The notes beneath the pieces were generated by a model. The model saw only the letters and a list, made by a program, of their open reading frames with translations, had not been told where the DNA came from and did no database searches. Of a DNA stretch of 64,000 nt, positions 59,682-64,000 are shown piece by piece. Position 1 is the stretch's first letter. Each line of letters begins with the position of its first letter. The position numbers were made by a program, and so were the translations under genes. The stretch comes from a virus, in IMG/VR virus record IMGVR_UViG_3300044960_000029, positions 4,643 through 68,642 of that record, one strand, 5' to 3'.

Positions 59682-62027
59682 ATGTCAATAAAACCATTAT
59701 TTAGAAATAACCAGGGTTTAATTCAACAAATACAAGATGGTGCAATAATTAATATTGGTGGAACATCATGGCCAAGTTTCACCGTTAATGGAATTGGTAT
59801 CATATTAGAAGATGGAACATCAACAACGGGTGGATCATCATTAAATCTTCAAACAATCTATAATAATAGTATTGATTCATCAAATAACGCATCAATAAAG
59901 TTAATTACTGGACGCGATTTAATTATTTATGATGATACTAATAATTCTATATTCTTTAAAATAGATTCAGAAACAGGAAAAGTTACAATAACCGGTGACT
60001 TAGAAGTTGCTGGTAGTTCAGTGCTTGTTGATTCAATTATTCAAGATTCTGATCATTGGCGTATATCACCAGCATCATCAATAACAACAGCATTAAAAAT
60101 AGAACCGGAATTTAATAGTCCATTAGTTGATTTAGTTTCTATTAAAAATGTTCTTGGTGGACCAATAATATTCAAAATTGATAAAGATGGAAATACATAT
60201 CTTAAAAAATTAAATGTATCAACAGATATAGATATTATTGGAAATATAAATATTTCTGGTCTTGTTGATGGTGTAGATATATCAGCATTAGAATTATCAT
60301 TTAATTCATTATCAACATTAGTTTCAAACATACAAAATGATATATCATTACATATTACACCAAGTACAACAACAAAACATGCGTCGACCGAAATTTCTGT
60401 TATTCCACCATCATATGCCCCAGGAACAACAAATGTTCAACAAGTATTAGATGCTTTAGAATCATTAATTGGCAGCGGTGGAGGTGGTGGATCATCTGCA
60501 GGTTTATTCATAATAGATGTTACTCCAACAACAAGTGGTATTGTTGGAAATAAACAATATGTTACAGGAACTATTCCAGCAAATGCTGTTATTTCTCAAG
60601 CAACAACAGATGTAGATGCAATTAGAATACATTTATTAGTAGAAGGAAATTCTACATTTTATTCTCCAACTGTTTCTGTTGATACAATACCTGGTCCATC
60701 TGTAAATGCCATATTATCTGAACACCCAACAGATAAACGATTGTTTATAGGTTATGCAGATATCTTAGTAACTTCTTCAAGAACAGTTTATGTTTCATCA
60801 TCTATAGGAGTTAACACTTCGGTTAATATCATCAGAGCTGGACCTGGTCCTATAATACATTCATTAACTGTTGGTCCATATCCTGGCTCTCAAACAGCAG
60901 CTAAGGCCGGCGATATAATGAACGTTACCGGCACAGTTGAAAATCAAGCAACATATTTAGAATTAATTGCTGGTGGTGCTGTTTCATCAACAACAGTTAT
61001 GACATTAGGCGCAAATGATTCTGGCGGCCCAGGATTAAAAACATTTTCTGGTTCTTTTGTTGTTAGTGGATTATCAGGTTTACAAAATGTTTCTGCTAAA
61101 GCACATAATTCTTTAGGAACATTTGGTCCAGTATTTTCATCTTCACCAATAACACTTGATCAGATATATCCTTCATTTAGTTCATTTACTGTTACATATC
61201 CACCAGGTCAAGGAGCATTAAAAGGTTCAGAAAGTGCAACAGTAACTTGTACAGTAACAAATCATACATCTGTTGTTTATAGTGGTACAAATATTTCAAT
61301 AGCATCACCAACAACGTATACTGTATCAAAAACAGTAACTAGAACTGGTGGTTCATATATTGATAGTGGTACTAATTATACTATAACAGCAACAAGAGCA
61401 TCAAATGGTGCAGTATCAACAGCATCAACGTTGGTTAAAATAGCAAATTCACAACCGACGATATCAATAAGCATAAGTGGATCTCCACTAAGATTACGTT
61501 CTTCACCTTCTGGTAATAATTATACTATTAATATTGTGTCATCACAGAATTTGAGTAGTCCACCAGTTTTAACAGCAACTTCTGGTGTTTTATCTTCATT
61601 TACTGGTAGTGGAAAGAATTGGACAGGAACAATAACAATTCATGATTCTGATACTAAAGGAAATAATTCATTCAATATATCTTCAATTATAAATGAAGCA
61701 TTAGTATCTGGAAATACTATAACATCTGGTCAAAATTATATAGTTGGTGGATTTTTAAATCGTAGTATAACATATCCAGCATTTTCTCGATTTGAACCTA
61801 TTGGAACATATGTTACAGATATTAATAAGACTATAGCAAAATATTCTGGAACTAATAGTAATTTGACACTTTATTTTGATACTGGTGATCATTTCCAAGG
61901 GTATACTATTGTTTCAGCGAGTGGAACATTTGATGTAAATGGAACTCATTTATGGATATCAGATGGAACATTTGCCGGTGCTAATACTACGGGTACTCTG
62001 ATATTAGAAATACAGGAGGTTGAATAA
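59682..62027 (+). CDS. fibre/structural protein, Ser/Thr/Gly-rich with Ig-like beta domains
   Basis: 'TNVQQVLDAL' fibre motif, Gly linker, beta-rich C-terminal part. Confidence 0.6.
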   Translation: MSIKPLFRNNQGLIQQIQDGAIINIGGTSWPSFTVNGIGIILEDGTSTTGGSSLNLQTIYNNSIDSSNNASIKLITGRDLIIYDDTNNSIFFKIDSETGKVTITGDLEVAGSSVLVDSIIQDSDHWRISPASSITTALKIEPEFNSPLVDLVSIKNVLGGPIIFKIDKDGNTYLKKLNVSTDIDIIGNINISGLVDGVDISALELSFNSLSTLVSNIQNDISLHITPSTTTKHASTEISVIPPSYAPGTTNVQQVLDALESLIGSGGGGGSSAGLFIIDVTPTTSGIVGNKQYVTGTIPANAVISQATTDVDAIRIHLLVEGNSTFYSPTVSVDTIPGPSVNAILSEHPTDKRLFIGYADILVTSSRTVYVSSSIGVNTSVNIIRAGPGPIIHSLTVGPYPGSQTAAKAGDIMNVTGTVENQATYLELIAGGAVSSTTVMTLGANDSGGPGLKTFSGSFVVSGLSGLQNVSAKAHNSLGTFGPVFSSSPITLDQIYPSFSSFTVTYPPGQGALKGSESATVTCTVTNHTSVVYSGTNISIASPTTYTVSKTVTRTGGSYIDSGTNYTITATRASNGAVSTASTLVKIANSQPTISISISGSPLRLRSSPSGNNYTINIVSSQNLSSPPVLTATSGVLSSFTGSGKNWTGTITIHDSDTKGNNSFNISSIINEALVSGNTITSGQNYIVGGFLNRSITYPAFSRFEPIGTYVTDINKTIAKYSGTNSNLTLYFDTGDHFQGYTIVSASGTFDVNGTHLWISDGTFAGANTTGTLILEIQEVE

Positions 62028-62434
62028 TGAGTTCATTTGAAGATTTTATTCAGACTGAATTACCACGTCGTCCATGGACTCCAAATGATCCAAATCAGGA
62101 AACCATTGCTGTTAGAAGAGGACCGGGTCCACGTCAATTACATTTTATAGAATTAAATGATGGTGAAATATTAGGTAAAGATTCTGGAGAAATTAAAGGA
62201 ATTCCAATTCCTAACATTTCTTCAGTATGTTCTGGTTTTGAATTTATTCAAACATCTCCTTCTTTAATATGGAACATAAATCATAATGGTGGAACAAAAC
62301 GAATACAAATAACAATTTATGATATGTCTGATAACGTTATTTTATCAGATGGGATATCTTTAATTGATAATAATAATTTAACTATTACTTTTTCTCAACC
62401 GCAAGATGGAAGAGCAATATTAATTATGTTCTGA
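62027..62434 (+). CDS. small structural protein
   Basis: C-terminal 'Q..PS..WNINHN...DNNN..I.FS.P..G' domain shared with the fibre at 9862-11727. Confidence 0.6.
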   Translation: MSSFEDFIQTELPRRPWTPNDPNQETIAVRRGPGPRQLHFIELNDGEILGKDSGEIKGIPIPNISSVCSGFEFIQTSPSLIWNINHNGGTKRIQITIYDMSDNVILSDGISLIDNNNLTITFSQPQDGRAILIMF

Positions 62435-62460
62435 TTTTTTATTTTTTTTATATAAAAATC

Positions 62461-62478
62461 TATAAATATCTATAAATA
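62461..62478 (+). promoter_or_regulatory. tandem T4-type late promoters
   Basis: TATAAATA at 62461 and 62471. Confidence 0.7.
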
Positions 62479-62518
62479 TATTTCATAAGATATATTATAA
62501 ACACAAGGAAATTTATAA

Positions 62519-62749
62519 ATGGCAGGAAAACAAATACAAACACAAGACATTGTATTAGCAGCTTCATTGAAAGTTTTAGGTTTTAATTTAAACAGAATCG
62601 AAAAAAATGGAAACAAAGGAACATTTATTTTTGATAATGTTGATGATTCTGTTATATTAGATTATGATTTAGGTAATTTAAGAATTGAACCTGTTGCTTT
62701 TAATTCAGCTATTAAAGCATTAACGACGGCAACAAGAAGACAAATATAA
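62519..62749 (+). CDS. small conserved phage protein (DUF5659-like)
   Basis: 'TQDIVLAASL...F.F......Y......IEP..F...IK.L' pattern. Confidence 0.55.
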   Translation: MAGKQIQTQDIVLAASLKVLGFNLNRIEKNGNKGTFIFDNVDDSVILDYDLGNLRIEPVAFNSAIKALTTATRRQI

Positions 62750-62775
62750 TTTTTTAAATAGAGGAGGATAAAATT

Positions 62776-64000
62776 ATGAGATTGAATGGTAATTTAGTAT
62801 TAAATTCAGGTGGTCAGAGCGAAATTCAGAATGTTATTTGTGAGCGTTTATCTTCAGCACCAGTATTTAGTGCATCTGAAGCAGGTCGTATTTATTATAA
62901 TACTACTGACAATAAGTATTATATAAACAATGGTACAGCATGGGTTGCTTTAGCAACTGGTGGTGATGCTTCAGCACTTCAAGCAGAAGTTGATGCACTT
63001 GAAACATCTTTAGGTGCAATGGTTAATGCTTCTGGTGTGTTCCAACCAAGTGCATTTTCTGGTTTCCAAAATATTTCATCACCAACAAGCTTAACAAATG
63101 CATTATCACAATTAGATGCAGCTATTGAGGGTGTAGATACATTAGCTGAAATGAATGATACTAATTTTTCTGAATTAGCTAATAATGATTTATTGCAATA
63201 TGTTTCAGGTACATGGGTTAATGTTGCTATAGGTTCAGCATCTGGTGTACAAGCATATGATGCAGATTTAGATGCTTTAGCAGCTCTATCTTCAACAGGT
63301 ATTGCTGTTAGAACAGGTTTAGGTACATGGACAACTCGTTCATTAACACAACCTGCAGCTGGTATTACAATTTCTAATAATGATGGTGTTGGTGGTAGCC
63401 CAACATTTGCATTAGCTAATGACTTAGCAGCATTAGAAGGACTTAGTGCAACTGGTATTGCTGTTAGAAGTGCATCTGATACATGGGTACAACGTTCAAT
63501 AGCAACTGCTGATTCTGGACGTATTACAGTAACAAATGGTGATGGTGTATCTGGTAACCCAACATTGGATTTAGCAACTGTTTCACAAGCTTCATCAGGT
63601 ACATTCCTTAAAGTAACATTAGATAGCTATGGTCGTGTAACAGGAAATACTGCAGTTGTAGCTGCTGATATTACAAGTTTAGTTGATTCAACATATGTTA
63701 ATGTTTCTGGTGATTCAATGAATTCAGCAGCAAACTTAATATTTTCTGGTGGTGGTGAAGTCAAAGGTTTACCAACAACACCATCAGTTGCAACAGCAGC
63801 AGCTTCTAAAGCATATGTTGATAACTTGGTTTCTTCATCAACAACATGGAGAGATCCAGTTGAATGCCCAAGTTTTATCGATATTGTTTCTGCAATTCCT
63901 GGCTCACCAGTTACCCATGGATCATATATTAAATATGGTGGAACACAAAATGAAACATGGGGTACATTAACCAATGTTGTTAACAATGACATATTAGAAT
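62776..64000 (+). CDS. tail fibre protein, 3'-truncated by the window edge (absent from the ORF track)
   Basis: GAGGAGG RBS, ATG 62776 (MRLNGNLVLNSGGQSEIQN...); the stretches I translated are open and include 'VQAYDADLDALAAL', 'DGVSGNPT', 'LDSYGRVT', 'AASKAYVD' fibre motifs. Confidence 0.8.
   Translation, partial: MRLNGNLVLNSGGQSEIQNVICERLSSAPVFSASEAGRIYYNTTDNKYYINNGTAWVALATGGDASALQAEVDALETSLGAMVNASGVFQPSAFSGFQNISSPTSLTNALSQLDAAIEGVDTLAEMNDTNFSELANNDLLQYVSGTWVNVAIGSASGVQAYDADLDALAALSSTGIAVRTGLGTWTTRSLTQPAAGITISNNDGVGGSPTFALANDLAALEGLSATGIAVRSASDTWVQRSIATADSGRITVTNGDGVSGNPTLDLATVSQASSGTFLKVTLDSYGRVTGNTAVVAADITSLVDSTYVNVSGDSMNSAANLIFSGGGEVKGLPTTPSVATAAASKAYVDNLVSSSTTWRDPVECPSFIDIVSAIPGSPVTHGSYIKYGGTQNETWGTLTNVVNNDILE

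Noticed and set aside
63627-63992. Short ORFs at the right end of the ORF track
   Set aside because: They overlap the unterminated fibre gene starting at 62776
1-64000. Stop-codon reassignment as in some jumbo phages
   Set aside because: Genes are full length and densely packed under the standard code; TAA and TGA both end genes

Overview
A very AT-rich segment of a large T4-like (myovirus, probably jumbo) phage genome covering most of the virion morphogenesis region. It holds neck proteins (gp13/gp14-like), major capsid, scaffold, prohead protease, an intein-containing portal, a tape-measure-like protein, baseplate hub/spike/wedge proteins and fibre proteins. It also holds a gp55-like late sigma factor, gp46/gp47 recombination nuclease, a resolvase-like nuclease and an RNA ligase. 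T4-type late promoters (TATAAATA) precede most structural genes. Six free-standing homing-endonuclease-like genes are scattered through the module, five of them one nuclease+GNAT-like family. The most unusual feature is a ~690-nt, GC-enriched, densely base-paired non-coding stretch (about 27360-28050, minus strand). It lies downstream of a two-gene unit whose larger protein resembles, by eye, the WED/REC half of TnpB without a RuvC domain, which makes it a candidate RNA-protein system. The second is a four-gene array of 23 near-identical ~47-aa propeller-like repeats whose variation is confined to two loops. All protein assignments come from motif recognition and gene context; no database search was run.
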